A DNA stretch of 41,648 bases from a virus (lineage: Duplodnaviria > Caudoviricetes), in the IMG/VR virus record IMGVR_UViG_3300040733_000021, positions 1-41,648 of that record. One strand, given 5' to 3'. Positions 40,124-41,648 of the stretch are shown here, piece by piece. Both the position numbers and the translations under genes were made by a program. The notes beneath the pieces are model-generated. The model had not been told where the DNA came from and did not search any database. It saw only the letters and a list, made by a program, of their open reading frames with translations. How positions within the stretch are numbered: position 1 is the stretch's first letter; every line of letters begins with the position of its first letter.

Positions 40124-40159
40124 AAAAGGGCCACCCTCACGAGTGACCCTTTTTTGTTT
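40124..40159 (+). terminator. Intrinsic terminator after hicAB
   Basis: AAAAGGGCCAC...GTGACCCTTTTTTGTTT hairpin followed by a T-tract. Confidence 0.75.
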
Positions 40160-40162
40160 GGC

Positions 40163-40225
40163 TGCTTCCTATGTGTTACCTATTTCAAGGTTGTAAAAAA
40201 TAAAACTAACAAAATCAAGAGTTTT
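40163..40225. promoter_or_regulatory. Putative right att arm: Int arm sites and IHF-like site
   Basis: GTTACCT at 40175 and degenerate GCTTCCT at 40164 (11-bp spacing); A-tracts; AATCAAGAGTTTT at 40213-40225 is one mismatch from WATCAANNNNTTR. Confidence 0.55.
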
Positions 40226-41391
40226 CAGAAATAAAAACTGAAATCATTCATTTCATAGGGTGATTCGTCGAGACACTCCAGGAGGATGTCCACCAGCTCC
40301 GGGTCGAACTGTGCGCCCTTCTGCTTCTGGATCTCCTGTAAGGCCTGCTCCCTGTCTATGCCCGGCCTGAAAGAGCGGGGAAAGAGCATGGCGGCAAAGG
40401 CGTCGGCGAGACAGACGATGCGGGCGTGCAGGGGTATCTGCTCTTCCTTCAGGCGGGCCGGATAGCCGCTGCCGTCCCAGTGCTCGTGGTGGTGCAGGAT
40501 GGTGGGAACGATGCCGCTCATGTTGTCAAAGCCCACGATGAAGAGCGTTCCCCTGATGGGGTGCTCGCGCATGATGGTCTCCTCCCGCAGGTTGAGACTG
40601 TCGGGCTTGGTGAGCAGATCGGGTTCGGTGGCGAACATGCCGATGTCATGGAGCATGGCCCCCAGATAGAGATCACGCATCTCCGTGGCAGGCAGTCCCA
40701 GCTTCGCCCCCATGCTCAGACAGTACTCGGTGACCCGTTTGGCGTGTCCCTGGGTGTAACTGTCCTTCTGTTCCAGCGCCTCCACGAGGGACTGCACCGT
40801 GGCATTGAACAGGTACCTGTCCCAAATGTCCTGATCATGGGCAGCTCTGCGCACCAGCATCCTGCCGGCGATTTCATCGGCCGTGTGTCTGCCCGCATAG
40901 CGGGAAACGATGGCCAGGGCAAATTCCATGGCCGTGCCAGGTCCCCGGCTGGTGATGATCTTGCCGTCGATGACAACCGCGCTCTCCTCGTACTGTGCGC
41001 CGGGCAGCTTGTCCCGGTAGTCCGGATAGGCGGTGACCCGTTTTCCCCTGATGAGATCAGCCTGGGAGAGCAGCGTGGTGGCCGCGCAGATGGCGCCGAT
41101 CAGCCTGCCCCCCCTGCCGAACTCCTTCAGCAGACGGATGACACGGACATCGGCGCCCAGGTTGGTGGTGCCGGGTTGCCCCCCGGGGAGGATGATCATA
41201 TCGAAATCGTCCACCTTCATGGCGTCGATGGTCCCATCGGGAATGACGCTGACCTTGCGGACGCTCTCCACCGGCCCACCGTGCAGGCCCGCCAGTACCA
41301 CCTCGAATCCTGCCCTGCGCAGCACGTCGACAACGGTCATGGCTTCGATCTCTTCAAATCCATCGGCCAGCGGAATCAGCGTTCGTGGCAT
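40225..41391 (-). CDS. Host gene: DJ-1/PfpI (YajL/ThiJ-like) domain fused to an HD-GYP domain
   Basis: 'GFEEIEA', 'LPGG.PG', 'AICAA', 'TSRGPGTA' DJ-1 motifs; 'D.YT.GH..RV', 'LHDIG', 'HHEHWDGSGYP' HD-GYP motifs. Confidence 0.9.
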   Translation of the reverse strand: MPRTLIPLADGFEEIEAMTVVDVLRRAGFEVVLAGLHGGPVESVRKVSVIPDGTIDAMKVDDFDMIILPGGQPGTTNLGADVRVIRLLKEFGRGGRLIGAICAATTLLSQADLIRGKRVTAYPDYRDKLPGAQYEESAVVIDGKIITSRGPGTAMEFALAIVSRYAGRHTADEIAGRMLVRRAAHDQDIWDRYLFNATVQSLVEALEQKDSYTQGHAKRVTEYCLSMGAKLGLPATEMRDLYLGAMLHDIGMFATEPDLLTKPDSLNLREETIMREHPIRGTLFIVGFDNMSGIVPTILHHHEHWDGSGYPARLKEEQIPLHARIVCLADAFAAMLFPRSFRPGIDREQALQEIQKQKGAQFDPELVDILLECLDESPYEMNDFSFYF

Positions 41392-41648
41392 ACCTCTCCC
41401 CCTGTTCTGTGATCATCGCGCAAAAACTCTACAAACATCACTCAGCCGCTCAGGTTGCACGTGTGAGCATACAGAGAAGTCCCTGATAGTCTCCATGGTT
41501 TTTTTGGCGTTCCGCGAAAAAAACCCCTTTTCAGGTTTGTTTTGAATGCATCGTGTTCTTCGATTGTCCGGTGGTTCCGTAACGCGCCTGATACGTTATT
41601 CCAATTCCAACTCAAAGCGCTCTCTTCGTTGGCTCGTCGAAGGCTCCT

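Larger units (their letters stand above)
1..40230. mobile_element. Temperate prophage with a podovirus-like (BPP-1/T7-type) virion module, apparently intact
   Basis: Contiguous integrase, lysis, tail, head, packaging, replication, recombination and immunity modules, then an abrupt switch to a host gene at 40225. The att core repeat was not found inside the window, so the ends are approximate. Confidence 0.93.

Overview
Positions ~1-40230 hold an apparently complete temperate prophage of about 40 kb, followed by a host gene encoding a DJ-1/PfpI plus HD-GYP fusion. The virion module resembles the BPP-1/T7-type podoviruses: terS/terL, portal, scaffold, major capsid, cement protein, tail tubular A/B, internal ejection proteins including a 2225-aa polyvalent protein, and a beta-helix tailspike. 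Nearly all lytic genes lie on the minus strand and appear to be driven from a repressor-controlled promoter at ~38770-38800. The plus strand carries a CI-like repressor, hicAB, a tyrosine integrase and three small genes. A Geobacteraceae/Desulfuromonadia-like host is a weak inference only. The most unusual signal is in the early lytic operon, where three plus-strand genes are each overlaid, codon-aligned, by a minus-strand ORF with its own RBS and operon-like spacing (a candidate dual-strand coding module). Other notable points: a low-GC nuclease-like cassette inside the giant ejection protein, a (Gly-X)24 micro-protein coupled to a conserved phage protein, a radical SAM gene near a dNTP diphosphohydrolase gene, a gp7.3-like protein with a lipoprotein signal, and a structured intergenic RNA with an anti-SD loop. 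All family calls come from motif recognition by eye; no database searches were run.
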